IMG/VR virus record: IMGVR_UViG_3300020158_000005
Location: 64,001 to 114,269 of that record
Strand: one strand, 5' to 3'
From: a virus
Lineage: Duplodnaviria; Heunggongvirae; Uroviricota; Caudoviricetes
DNA: 50,269 nucleotides
In this document: piece by piece, positions 27,530-36,483 of the stretch
Numbering within the stretch: position 1 is the stretch's first letter
How the letters are laid out: each line of letters begins with the position of its first letter
Notes under the pieces: model-generated
Databases searched by the model: none
What the model saw: the letters and a program-made list of their open reading frames with translations, nothing else
What the model was told of the DNA's origin: nothing
Made by a program: the position numbers and the translations under genes

Positions 27530-27968
27530 TTTTATCTATTTTACTTTTATTGTCATGGCAATTGTCACACAACACTTGTAATCCATTTTCTTCACAAAAT
27601 AATCTTTCTACAAACCCTGGTAGGTCTGCAAAACTATTTAAACTCCCTGCTGGGATAATGTGGTCTACAGAAACTTGCTTATCAGGGAAATAGTTTTTAC
27701 AAATATTACACTGAAATTCAACACGTTGTCTTTTGTTTGGACCTACATACACTCGTTTGGCTTTATTCTTACAAGATTGTATAGGTTTCCATACAATAGT
27801 GCGTCTTCTTAAGCTACTACGAATAAAACTGAAGAAAGCAGAGGTAGACATTGTTCCGTTATTATACGGTTTGTCTACCAATGACTTCCTTACAGCCTTC
27901 TTTCCCTTAGGTTTTACTCCTGAGACATCACTTATTTCTTGTTTGTTTTTTGGTCTTTTCTTCCTCAT
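27468..27968 (-). CDS. HNH endonuclease
   Basis: FQCNIC...VSVDHIIP...RLFCE..GLQVLCDNCHDNK. Confidence 0.85.
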   Translation of the reverse strand: MRKKRPKNKQEISDVSGVKPKGKKAVRKSLVDKPYNNGTMSTSAFFSFIRSSLRRRTIVWKPIQSCKNKAKRVYVGPNKRQRVEFQCNICKNYFPDKQVSVDHIIPAGSLNSFADLPGFVERLFCEENGLQVLCDNCHDNKSKIDKNETGKRRAKEADSRGKVHAS

Positions 27969-27977
27969 ATTTCATTT

Positions 27978-29837
27978 TTAGTGACATTCATAATAATTAT
28001 TACCAATATCTGCACTACAACCAATAACAACATTTAATTTAAGTCGTTCATTTGTTAATCGCATTGCTTCCTGTACTAGTAATTTGGTACTTTCTATTTT
28101 ATCCAAAGGTACATTAAATAACACTTCATCATGATATTGTAAGCCAATTTTTATTCCTAATTTACGTAAATAAGTTACCCAAATATCGAATACATATACG
28201 GCTGTACCCTGATTTAATGTAGAAAATTTATCTTTTTCATTTCTTAGAGAATACCAATATCCATTTACGGGATTTTGTTGCCATTGCTGTCTATTAACAG
28301 TTTTAACATTTAAACTATCTTCCACTTGTAAAATAGCTTTATTTCTCTTCCAAAATACATCTAATAGTTTCTTTGCAAAAGATTCTTTAAATCCTCCATT
28401 TCTAGCTAATGTTTTAACTCCTACTTTATAAGTAGCGGAGAAATTAACCACTTTTGCTTTTTGTCTTGCTTCTTTGTGATTTTCTCTTCCTTCTTTGTGA
28501 GCTATCACTTGTTCTTCTGTAAGAAGTCCTGCTTTTACTGCAATATCTAAATGTGGGTCAAATCCAGGAACATCCATCTCCCTAACATAATCAGGGTCAT
28601 ATTTAAATATGTAATGTCTTTTTGTATTATCTTCAATTCCCGATAGGTCACATCCAAATAATACACATCCTTCATCTGCAATAATACTACTCCTTACTTC
28701 TTTACCATATTTCTTGCTGAAGCCAGGTAGATTAACCACTACAGCATGCTGTAATCGCAAGGTGTTCGTTAATCCTGCACATGAAGCATATAGTCGTCCC
28801 ATCACTTGGTCCTTTAGAAAGGCTTTAAAAATGCCAATACGGTGGGATATTACAGTGAGTCCTTCTAACACTTCTAATTTAGGTTCCTTCTGGAATAGTT
28901 TCTTTACACTAGGACAAACTTCTCCACCACCTTCTTTACTAGCGATTTGAGGAATTTGTTTAGTTGTTCCATTTTCTTTATTCCTTACATGTTTAATATG
29001 TTCAGGAACCCATCCCAGAGAATACAACCAATTCTTAATCTGAGCACTAGAATTACTATTTGGGTCCTCCCATCCTAACACTTTTTCTAGTGTTTTCTCT
29101 TTTACTACTTCTTTACCTTGTTCTTTTAAAGCAGAAAAGAATAAATCTCCCTTAGTAAATGTATTTCCACTATCATCTTCTATAGCGTTTTTATAGACAT
29201 TTTCTTTTTTAACGGCTACTTTAGGCATTACAGACTCAAGTTGTTCTACTTTAGTTTCTTTATCATCTTCTAGATGTTTTAGTGTACTCTCTACATGAGG
29301 TACATCTAATCTTAAACCAATTTCTTCTTGTTCTCTAACGCAATCCATTTTAAAAGAAACATACCTACAAAATCTTAACACTAATTCCATAGTGCCATAG
29401 ATTTCCATTAAATAATCAAATTGCTGTTTAGCTAATTTTGTATTTATTTTAACATCCTCTTCACATCTATGGACATACACTTCTACAGAAGCATTTTCCC
29501 AATCTTCCACTTTAGGTTTAGGTACACCAAAATCTTCTCCCCATCCTTCCAATCCATGTGATATTCTATCGGGGTACAAATACCATGAAATAGGTAGAGT
29601 ATCAATTAAAGGTATTTCTCCATCAAACCCAAGGATTTTCCTGATAACTGGTAGGTCATAGCGAATTATGTTATGACCAATTAAAATCATTTCTTGTTTC
29701 AGAAAGTCTAATATATCTCCATACTTTGTAAGACTTCCACTTGTTCCATCATCAAGACAATGGTAGCTTAGACAGTGGATTTTACTCACACTGTCTAAGA
29801 GTCCATCACTTTCTATGTCAAAAATTATCATTTTCAT
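27978..29837 (-). CDS. polA: Family A DNA polymerase (T7-like, 3'-5' exonuclease plus polymerase)
   Basis: DIESD exo I, HNIIRYD exo II, RCEEDV exo III, motif A CDLSGIE, motif B RQKAKVVNF...Y, motif C YHDE. Confidence 0.92.
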   Translation of the reverse strand: MKMIIFDIESDGLLDSVSKIHCLSYHCLDDGTSGSLTKYGDILDFLKQEMILIGHNIIRYDLPVIRKILGFDGEIPLIDTLPISWYLYPDRISHGLEGWGEDFGVPKPKVEDWENASVEVYVHRCEEDVKINTKLAKQQFDYLMEIYGTMELVLRFCRYVSFKMDCVREQEEIGLRLDVPHVESTLKHLEDDKETKVEQLESVMPKVAVKKENVYKNAIEDDSGNTFTKGDLFFSALKEQGKEVVKEKTLEKVLGWEDPNSNSSAQIKNWLYSLGWVPEHIKHVRNKENGTTKQIPQIASKEGGGEVCPSVKKLFQKEPKLEVLEGLTVISHRIGIFKAFLKDQVMGRLYASCAGLTNTLRLQHAVVVNLPGFSKKYGKEVRSSIIADEGCVLFGCDLSGIEDNTKRHYIFKYDPDYVREMDVPGFDPHLDIAVKAGLLTEEQVIAHKEGRENHKEARQKAKVVNFSATYKVGVKTLARNGGFKESFAKKLLDVFWKRNKAILQVEDSLNVKTVNRQQWQQNPVNGYWYSLRNEKDKFSTLNQGTAVYVFDIWVTYLRKLGIKIGLQYHDEVLFNVPLDKIESTKLLVQEAMRLTNERLKLNVVIGCSADIGNNYYECH

Positions 29838-29842
29838 AGATA

Positions 29843-29850
29843 CAAATTTA
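29843..29850 (-). promoter_or_regulatory. -7 promoter element TAAATTTG, 5 nt upstream of the polymerase ATG
   Basis: TAnnTTTG match. Confidence 0.55.
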
Positions 29851-29922
29851 CGTATTTTCTCTATCTCTTAATTCATTTAGAGCTTGATTAAACATTTCCA
29901 TTCCTGCTATAGTAGTGTACAT
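29848..29922 (-). CDS. Possible micro-ORF (24 aa)
   Basis: MYTTIAGMEMFNQALNELRDRENT with a TAACT-ATG start context like other genes here. Confidence 0.3.
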   Translation of the reverse strand: MYTTIAGMEMFNQALNELRDRENT

Positions 29923-29934
29923 AGTTACATTTCT

Positions 29935-31140
29935 TCATGCAACTCCATCCCTTAGGTCTTCTGCGGTCCTCCGTCTCGTTTCAAAATCCTGCACTATTTC
30001 TGCATCAGAATAATCTGCCTCATAATCATCTTCCTCATATTCATCATCTTCTTCTGTTTGAAGAGCTTCTGAAACAAATGAAGGGTCTTCAAATTTAGCT
30101 TTAAATTGGGAAATAATTTGAGAAATTTCTTTCTTTCTGCCTATAATAGATTTTTCTTTAAGTTCATTTCCTCCTATATAACAATAATCCTTCATAAATT
30201 CAAAAGGAACATAATATATTTGAGCTTTTGTAGCTAGAAGATGTGGTTCCACATATTTCTTATACATTGTTCTAAAAGCTTTGTGAGGATAAGAAGTACC
30301 TTGTAAATCTTTATCTACTAGAAATATCACTTTAGTCATATCTATAGTGCCATGTAATAATATATGTAGTTTTTGATACATATAATTTTCTGGTAATACT
30401 ATAGGAAGTACAACAGGTAATATTTCAGCAGATGTATTTCTAAATAAAGAATAACTACCCATACTAGCAGAGAAAGTACGCATATTTATTGTAGTTAATC
30501 CTTCTTTGAAAACATTTTCTGTTATATTATCATAACGATGTATCCAACCACTATTTTCTAATAAAAGTGGATTTTCCTGTCCAAGATATGCATTTACATA
30601 TGTATCTACAGAACCTTTTATAGAATCATGCCCACTACCATCTGTAATTAAGTTATAAATAAAATAACTTAATGGATTTTCTTTATCCTTTAAAGTAGCT
30701 TTAAACATATCTACATGTTCTCCTGTTAAAGACCTTCCTTGTCTACTATCTATATATTTTTCATTTATATAGTGGTATCTTTTATTAAAAAGTTGGGGAG
30801 CCACAGATAAATAAACTAAGGGAATAAACTCAGAAAAAGGACACATAAAATACCTACTAGCACTACTTAGTCCTCTTGAGTTAGTACCTAATTTAAAAAT
30901 ACTTGCAGGAGCTTCAGCTCCATTATCTTTTCCTTCCCAAAAAGGAGGAATGATTTTAGGTTTTACAGTACGTTTCCTTTTTACAGGTGCTGTTGTAGAT
31001 ATAGTAATAGAAGGATTATCAGTAGTTTCTGCAGGAATTTCTTGCATTCTTGCTGCATAGTCCCATGCGGCATCTATAGTCATAGTTTCTCCAATACTAG
31101 CTTGTGGCAACGATTCCGTTCTCACTTGTAATTGTCTCAT
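29935..31140 (-). CDS. Hypothetical protein at the end of the Ubl cassette (acidic C-terminus)
   Basis: 401-aa ORF overlapping the E1 stop; start uncertain. Confidence 0.7.
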   Translation of the reverse strand: MRQLQVRTESLPQASIGETMTIDAAWDYAARMQEIPAETTDNPSITISTTAPVKRKRTVKPKIIPPFWEGKDNGAEAPASIFKLGTNSRGLSSASRYFMCPFSEFIPLVYLSVAPQLFNKRYHYINEKYIDSRQGRSLTGEHVDMFKATLKDKENPLSYFIYNLITDGSGHDSIKGSVDTYVNAYLGQENPLLLENSGWIHRYDNITENVFKEGLTTINMRTFSASMGSYSLFRNTSAEILPVVLPIVLPENYMYQKLHILLHGTIDMTKVIFLVDKDLQGTSYPHKAFRTMYKKYVEPHLLATKAQIYYVPFEFMKDYCYIGGNELKEKSIIGRKKEISQIISQFKAKFEDPSFVSEALQTEEDDEYEEDDYEADYSDAEIVQDFETRRRTAEDLRDGVA

Positions 31141-31870
31141 TTTGATTTAATTTAATTTGTTCTACAGATTCAGTTTTATAATCTAAGAATGGTCCAAAGA
31201 ACCTTTGATGGAATGGAACTTCTTTAAATTCAGCACCCATTTTCTTGTTTGCCAACCAGTTACAGAAGGTAGCTGTAATAAAAGTTGCAATACCCATAGC
31301 TACAAAAGTAGTTTGTTTCATGGTACAATCAAGTTCTTCTATCTCACTATCATCAAATAACCAATTTTTATATTCTTCAATTTGTTCAGGATGGTCCCCT
31401 TGAACAACAAACACTTCACATAATTCTCCTGCCATTCTACCGTCTATAAATAAACAATCTTCATATTCAGCAGGGTCTTTAGCAAGTGTATGATTCTCCC
31501 ATTCTAAGAAAATTTCTTTACGGGCTTTCATATTATCTAAACCAGTAATACAAATATCCATCATACCAAAGTCAAGAGAATACATTTCTTTTATAGGAGT
31601 AAGATTATTAACGCAACCAAATTGATTACAAATTTCTGCTACAGCACTCACTTTACTCTTACCAATATCAGATTGTCTATACATTTGACCACCTTGTACA
31701 TTAGTTTCATCTACATTATCTCCATCAATAATATAAATTTCATGCATAATTCTACTTAAAGATAGGCAAGTCCAGCTTCCAATACCGCCAGCTCCTATCA
31801 TCATTATTTCTTTTTGCTGGTCAGCCCAATCAAATCCCGACCATCTTTTACCTTGAATTAATTTGTTCAT
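31097..31870 (-). CDS. ThiF/E1-like ubiquitin-like activating enzyme
   Basis: IGAGGIGS, IIDGDNVDETN..GQ.Y...DIGKSKV, TGLDNMKAR, FIDGR, candidate catalytic Cys in DCTMKQT. Confidence 0.9.
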   Translation of the reverse strand: MNKLIQGKRWSGFDWADQQKEIMMIGAGGIGSWTCLSLSRIMHEIYIIDGDNVDETNVQGGQMYRQSDIGKSKVSAVAEICNQFGCVNNLTPIKEMYSLDFGMMDICITGLDNMKARKEIFLEWENHTLAKDPAEYEDCLFIDGRMAGELCEVFVVQGDHPEQIEEYKNWLFDDSEIEELDCTMKQTTFVAMGIATFITATFCNWLANKKMGAEFKEVPFHQRFFGPFLDYKTESVEQIKLNQNETITSENGIVATS

Positions 31871-31883
31871 TTTTTAATATTTT

Positions 31884-31916
31884 AAAAAGGGATGTATATT
31901 TCAACACCCCTTTTTT
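31884..31916 (-). terminator. Intrinsic terminator between JAB and E1 genes
   Basis: AAAAAGGGATGT...ACACCCCTTTTT hairpin. Confidence 0.75.
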
Positions 31917-31921
31917 GTTAA

Positions 31922-32884
31922 TTAATCTACCATCACATGTCCTAATACAGTAGGTCCGTCACTTACAGCTTCTTCAGTTTCAGCTAATATCATATAAGTC
32001 AGTTCTTCCACAATTCCTTTGATAAGTCTATTGTAAGTGAAAGATTTTAAATGTTTCTCTAAAAGTTCTAACACTTGAATATAATCCCAAATACTTGCTT
32101 GTGGATACATAATTCCAAAATGCTCTTCAAAAGCTATGGAAAACTCAGCTAGATAGCTATCTAATTGTTTCTTAGTTTTAAGAAGATTATTCTTTTTAAT
32201 TAAGTTCTCTACAGGAGAATCTGGAGTCATTAAGTAGTTTTCTTCCACAAAAGAATTCAAAACACCATAAGCATCTTCTTTAGACATTAACAATGTCAAA
32301 GTGCTTTCTTGGGGTTTATATTTCTCATCTACATATTTTCTCCACTCTTCATCAGTCATATCCATGATGTCTTTATCTCTTTTTTGAGATTTAGTACCAT
32401 ATCCATAGTAGTCATCATCATTCAATCCTAATTCTCCTTGTTCCCATTTAGAATTCGTACTATCTTTGCCAGTATAGCTACTACCCATGCTCCCATATTT
32501 TCCACCATATCCACCATATACTCCATTATAAAATCCAGGATAGACAGGTTTAGCATCATCAATAGCTTTCTTAACAGCAGTGTAGCGAGCAGCAAAAGCT
32601 TCTTCTACAGGAACTACTGCATTTTCAAATTGTATTTTACAATCCATCACTACTAATACATCCTTAGATTTTTCTCCACCTAATACAAGGGGCTCAAATC
32701 CATCTAAATTATTGGCAAATTCCAGAGTAGTATCTGGTTTACCATTTCTTGTAGCTTTAAATGCTACTTTAGCTACGTATTCTCCTTTGAAATTTACTAT
32801 AAGCATAAGCAAATAGTTACTCAATACACCCCTATCTTCTAATTGTGACCAATCGGTTCCACTAAAGAAAGCACTCATAGAATG
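31922..32884 (-). CDS. JAB/MPN+ metalloprotease, exon 2 (320 aa)
   Basis: Begins HSMSAFFSGTD, completing the JAMM motif HxH-x7-S-x2-D. Confidence 0.88.
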   Translation of the reverse strand, partial: HSMSAFFSGTDWSQLEDRGVLSNYLLMLIVNFKGEYVAKVAFKATRNGKPDTTLEFANNLDGFEPLVLGGEKSKDVLVVMDCKIQFENAVVPVEEAFAARYTAVKKAIDDAKPVYPGFYNGVYGGYGGKYGSMGSSYTGKDSTNSKWEQGELGLNDDDYYGYGTKSQKRDKDIMDMTDEEWRKYVDEKYKPQESTLTLLMSKEDAYGVLNSFVEENYLMTPDSPVENLIKKNNLLKTKKQLDSYLAEFSIAFEEHFGIMYPQASIWDYIQVLELLEKHLKSFTYNRLIKGIVEELTYMILAETEEAVSDGPTVLGHVMVD

Positions 32885-32928
32885 CAGTTACGTTATTGGG
32901 AATTTTTTAATTATTTCCCACTTTATTT

Positions 32929-32959
32929 TTTGTTATTTAAAATTAATTATTTATATTTG
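32929..32959 (+). promoter_or_regulatory. Promoter TTTG-N19-TATATTTG for the antisense intron ORF
   Basis: Exact Bacteroidota consensus 20 nt upstream of ATG 32980. Confidence 0.8.
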
Positions 32960-32979
32960 CTCTCACCATAAAATAAATT

Positions 32980-33621
32980 ATGAAGAGACCTTTTCAAGGA
33001 AATATTAGATATTTCCAAAATTGTGATACCCCTATTAAAGCTTATTTTCTTGGTTTTATAGCTGCAGATGGTTGTCTATTAAGTAATGGAAAAAATTCCA
33101 TTTCTCTTTCAATAACATTATCTGAAGTAGATAGAAATCTTTTAAACAAGTTAAAAGAAGAAATAGGTTGTGAACATAGAATTTATAATATAAGAGGTAA
33201 AATGACACATAATAAAGACAAAGAAAAATATCATTGTCGTTTTCAATTGTGTAATAAACTACTTATTTCAGATTTAATGAGTTATGGATTCACAGAACGT
33301 AAATCTATAACTATGCCTAATATACTACAAAATATACCTAAAGAATTTAGAGATTCTTTTATTTTGGGATATTTTGATGGAGATGGTAGTATTTCTTACA
33401 ATATAGCAAGTAAACAACATGTTATCTCTTTTCGAGGAACAGAAGAATTTCTACAAAGTTTTGTAGAAACACTTCAGTTTGAAAAGTATAGGTTAATTAA
33501 AGATAAACAAAAGAATTGCTTTACTCTAACTGCTTGGCGTAAATCTGATATTCAAAAATTCAAACAAATATATAATAATAAAGAATTTTATTTAACTAGA
33601 AAATTTATTAAATTTCCTTAA
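32980..33621 (+). CDS. Intron-borne LAGLIDADG homing endonuclease, antisense to the intron
   Basis: YFLGFIAADG and FILGYFDGDG motifs; lies downstream of the S element (P9 region). Confidence 0.9.
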   Translation: MKRPFQGNIRYFQNCDTPIKAYFLGFIAADGCLLSNGKNSISLSITLSEVDRNLLNKLKEEIGCEHRIYNIRGKMTHNKDKEKYHCRFQLCNKLLISDLMSYGFTERKSITMPNILQNIPKEFRDSFILGYFDGDGSISYNIASKQHVISFRGTEEFLQSFVETLQFEKYRLIKDKQKNCFTLTAWRKSDIQKFKQIYNNKEFYLTRKFIKFP

Positions 33622-33836
33622 AAATCAATAAAGACCAGACTATATCATCTTCCTATTTCACTATAGGAAGTCGGGTTCTCGTGTTAGCTTCATCACCGTT
33701 CTGGTGGTATGCTATTAGTCGTTGCACCTTCATTCTATTCCTAGAAAGCTCGGCTCAGGATTGGAGCTTTTTAACTCTTTCCCTGAATTCTCCCAATTGT
33801 TAATATACATTACTGTATAAGAGCACCATTATGTCA

Positions 33837-34199
33837 ATGCGTGTGAATATGATGATTCTTTTGAGTTCCGTCCATTAATCCAGGATAAGCTTCATAAAGC
33901 TCAATAATATCGGCAGATTTAAATCCACCCTTATCTACTTCATATCCTGTAAATCCAGAAGTTCCAATATCTACTAAATAAATATCTTCACAGATGATAG
34001 TCCATTCATCTAAATCATTAATTGTTTTAATTTCGGAAGTGATAAGTTCACCACTCCATTCAATAGCTCCACACTGTTTGTGTAGATAATCAATTTGTTT
34101 TTTTAATTTCTCTGTAATAATCACTGTAGGTTTATTACTTAATTCTAGTCTATCCAAACACTGCTTGGTAACGTAGGGTTTTTGCACTTTGGTATCCAT
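33837..34199 (-). CDS. JAB/MPN+ metalloprotease, exon 1 (121 aa)
   Basis: EWSG catalytic Glu; ends HIHTH at the 5' splice site. Confidence 0.88.
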
Positions 34200-35304
34200 A
34201 ATCTAAATTAAATTTGTTAAGTTCTTCTTTTAATAATTGGTTATAATAATTTATCACATCTCCTGAAAGAGGAATAGAAGTTTTATCTTCTATTTCATCC
34301 ACGCTTTCATCATAAATTTTTGCTCCTATTTTTTCTCCTTTAAAATTAAGAGATAGTCTTTTTACATTTTCTTGTCTCCTTTTTAATAATTCTTTTATTC
34401 TATCTCTTGTAATTCCTAAATCCCTCACCTTACTATTTTCTTTATAGAATTCTAAAAGAGTAGGATGGTGAGCAATCACTTTTATTCCTTCATTATATTG
34501 GAATACTTCTTCAGGAATATTTGGTAATAGTCTATAAAATTCTACATTTGCTTGAGCAGAATCACTACTTAAGCCATACCCTATACCTGCCATTTTTATA
34601 TATGGACCGCCTTCTAAGCTCTCCCATATTAAATAATTCTCTAAACTAAAGAATAATAAATACCAACCTTCTGGAGTAGGTTCTATTAATAGGCTATTTA
34701 TTATCAGCCCAAATTCACTGCTACCGAGGCAAAATCCTCTATATTCACATAAACAACCACTTGGTAAATGAGAATGTCCATAATTAGAAGCGTATTCTTT
34801 TAAATGTAAAGTGGTTCTAGTTCCATAAAAGTTTATACTCACTTTATGTACATCTTCAACAGTACGTGGATGAATACAAAATTTAACATATAAATCTTTA
34901 ATTACATGAGAGTCCTCTCTGGAATTAGTGATGGTGAATTCAGGGAAATGTATAATAATGTCAAAAGATAAACTACCTGTTTTAACACAACCTACTCTTT
35001 CTGCCCCAAATACTTCATTAGCTATATCCTGAATACTATGTGCATCCAGAGAATATTTACCCCATAATTCCTTTGCTTCAGCTATTCTTATTTTTTCTTT
35101 TTCTTCATCGATAAATCTGTCAATATCAGAAACTTTAAAAGACCATTGTTGAGTTCTTACATCTGTAAAAACCACATCATCCCTTGAAATTTTTTCTATG
35201 GTCATAATTTGACCTAAAAACATATCCATTTGACCCCCATCAGCCCATTCTGGTGGTCTATTACTTGTTAATATTACTTGGTCCCCTTCTCTAAATTCTA
35301 ACAT
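34150..35304 (-). CDS. Prokaryotic E2/UBC-like conjugating protein with N-terminal SH3-like domain
   Basis: IHFPEF.ITNS, YGHSHL...FCLG (parallels the E2 HPN...CL core), WESLEGGPY; positioned between the Ubl and JAB genes. Confidence 0.65.
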   Translation of the reverse strand: MLEFREGDQVILTSNRPPEWADGGQMDMFLGQIMTIEKISRDDVVFTDVRTQQWSFKVSDIDRFIDEEKEKIRIAEAKELWGKYSLDAHSIQDIANEVFGAERVGCVKTGSLSFDIIIHFPEFTITNSREDSHVIKDLYVKFCIHPRTVEDVHKVSINFYGTRTTLHLKEYASNYGHSHLPSGCLCEYRGFCLGSSEFGLIINSLLIEPTPEGWYLLFFSLENYLIWESLEGGPYIKMAGIGYGLSSDSAQANVEFYRLLPNIPEEVFQYNEGIKVIAHHPTLLEFYKENSKVRDLGITRDRIKELLKRRQENVKRLSLNFKGEKIGAKIYDESVDEIEDKTSIPLSGDVINYYNQLLKEELNKFNLDYGYQSAKTLRYQAVFG

Positions 35305-35320
35305 ATATAAAATTTTTTAA

Positions 35321-35342
35321 AAAGGGGGATTTCTCCCCCTTT
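35321..35342 (-). terminator. Intrinsic terminator after Ubl-A
   Basis: AAAGGGGGA-GAAA loop (minus strand)-TCCCCCTT followed by a T run. Confidence 0.85.
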
Positions 35343-35346
35343 ATGA

Positions 35347-35820
35347 TTAACTACGCAATTTCTTAGCTTCAGCCAAAGCTGCTGCTAATTCTTCATCCAC
35401 TACAGGAGCTACTACCTCTGCAACAGCTATTGTAGCTCTAGGTGCTGTGAAGAAACTTTCTACACTGCTTGTTAGAGCTGCTTTTAAAGCTGCAGTCTCC
35501 TGAGCACTTGCTATACGAGCAGTTGCTTTAATTGTTGCTGCAATAGCAGTACCTACAGCATTAGCATCACTATCAGTGATACCTGCCTTATTCTTAGTAG
35601 CAATGATGAACACATTGAAATCTTCTGTAGGAAGAATGCTATCATCTCCTCTAAGAGTGATGTTACCTGGTTTTACAACCACTTCCACTCCATCACCACC
35701 ATTGTAAATACCTGCGAAAGCACTATTTGCTTTCAAATCTCCGAAGGTTACACCTGCGAAATCATTAATTCTTACTGCTGCATTTGTTTTAGCACTTGCT
35801 ACGATTACTTTTCTAGACAT
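35347..35820 (-). CDS. Ubiquitin-like (beta-grasp) precursor A: 80-aa Ubl ending KNKAG plus helical extension
   Basis: RKVIV...TFGDLK...VVVKPG..TL.GDD..LP..DF.VF...TKNKAG pattern; context next to E2/JAB/E1. Confidence 0.72.
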   Translation of the reverse strand: MSRKVIVASAKTNAAVRINDFAGVTFGDLKANSAFAGIYNGGDGVEVVVKPGNITLRGDDSILPTEDFNVFIIATKNKAGITDSDANAVGTAIAATIKATARIASAQETAALKAALTSSVESFFTAPRATIAVAEVVAPVVDEELAAALAEAKKLRS

Positions 35821-35844
35821 TTTATTTATTTTTTATTGTAAATG

Positions 35845-35873
35845 AAAAAAGGGAGCCAATATAGCTCCCTTTT
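35845..35873 (-). terminator. Intrinsic terminator after Ubl-B
   Basis: AAAAAAGGGAGC-caatata-GCTCCCTTTT. Confidence 0.85.
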
Positions 35874-35891
35874 GTTAAAATTTGTTAAATA

Positions 35892-36338
35892 TTATAAACT
35901 CTTAGCTTCAGCTAGAGCTGCTCCCAATTCAATGCAATCTGCATTTCCACCACAATTATCTACTACAGGAATAGATTTTTTGTAACTCTCAATAAAACCA
36001 ATCAAAGCATCTCTAAGAGATGTTAAATTAGCTCCTACAATTTCATCAATTACTTCATTAATTGCTTCTTCAACTTCATAAGCAACATCAGAGCTATCCA
36101 ATCCTGCTTTGTTCTTTGTAGCTACTAAGAACACGTTAAAATCACCTACTGGCAATACACTATCATCACCACGTAAAGTTACGTTTCCTGGTTTAACGAT
36201 AGCTTCTACACCATCACCATTGCCATAAATCCCTGCAAAAATAGGGTCGGCTTTCAAATCACCGAAAGTTGTTCCACTGAATTCAGTACGTGCTGCTGCA
36301 TTAGTTTTTGCACTGGCAATAATTACTTTTCTAGACAT
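35892..36338 (-). CDS. Ubiquitin-like precursor B: 79-aa Ubl ending KNKAG plus helical extension
   Basis: Clear paralogue of 35347-35820 over the first ~80 aa and the C-terminal AALAEAK. Confidence 0.72.
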   Translation of the reverse strand: MSRKVIIASAKTNAAARTEFSGTTFGDLKADPIFAGIYGNGDGVEAIVKPGNVTLRGDDSVLPVGDFNVFLVATKNKAGLDSSDVAYEVEEAINEVIDEIVGANLTSLRDALIGFIESYKKSIPVVDNCGGNADCIELGAALAEAKSL

Positions 36339-36433
36339 AAAATTTTTTTTAATTGTTTAAATTTTCTTTTTTTTCGGATGTTTCCTAATTTCCATTCTGT
36401 TGTTAATGTCCTACCTATCCTTTAAATACTCCC

Positions 36434-36465
36434 TAAGATACATTAATTTTTTCAAACTAACAAAT
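36434..36465 (-). promoter_or_regulatory. Candidate promoter for the Ubl cassette, TTTG-N20-TATCTTAG
   Basis: One mismatch to TAnnTTTG, correct spacing. Confidence 0.4.
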
Positions 36466-36483
36466 TTTCTTTCAACTTTTTTA

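Larger units (their letters stand above)
32885..33836 (-). mobile_element. Group I intron (952 nt)
   Basis: Exon ends in U, intron ends in G; P AATTCAGGGAA, Q AATCCTGAGCC, R GTGCAACGACTAA, S GATGATATAGTCTG; P1 GCAU/GUGC, P10 CAUU/AAUG, P3 UUGGG/CCCGA, P8 CTTCCTAT/ATAGGAAG. Confidence 0.95.

Noticed and set aside
21785-29837. Z-genome (2-aminoadenine) or deazaguanine modification pathway
   Set aside because: Only a DUF5664-like domain is present; no PurZ, HD-family DatZ, DpdA or Que genes are visible, so it is kept only as a hypothesis
31097-31870. ThiF/MoeB as a thiamine or molybdopterin auxiliary metabolic gene
   Set aside because: No ThiS/MoaD-type GG carrier or pathway genes; the neighbours are E2-like, JAB and Ubl precursors
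36340-36420. Lys-rich micro-ORF or structured ncRNA upstream of Ubl-B
   Set aside because: Low-complexity A-run leader with no convincing structure or coding signal
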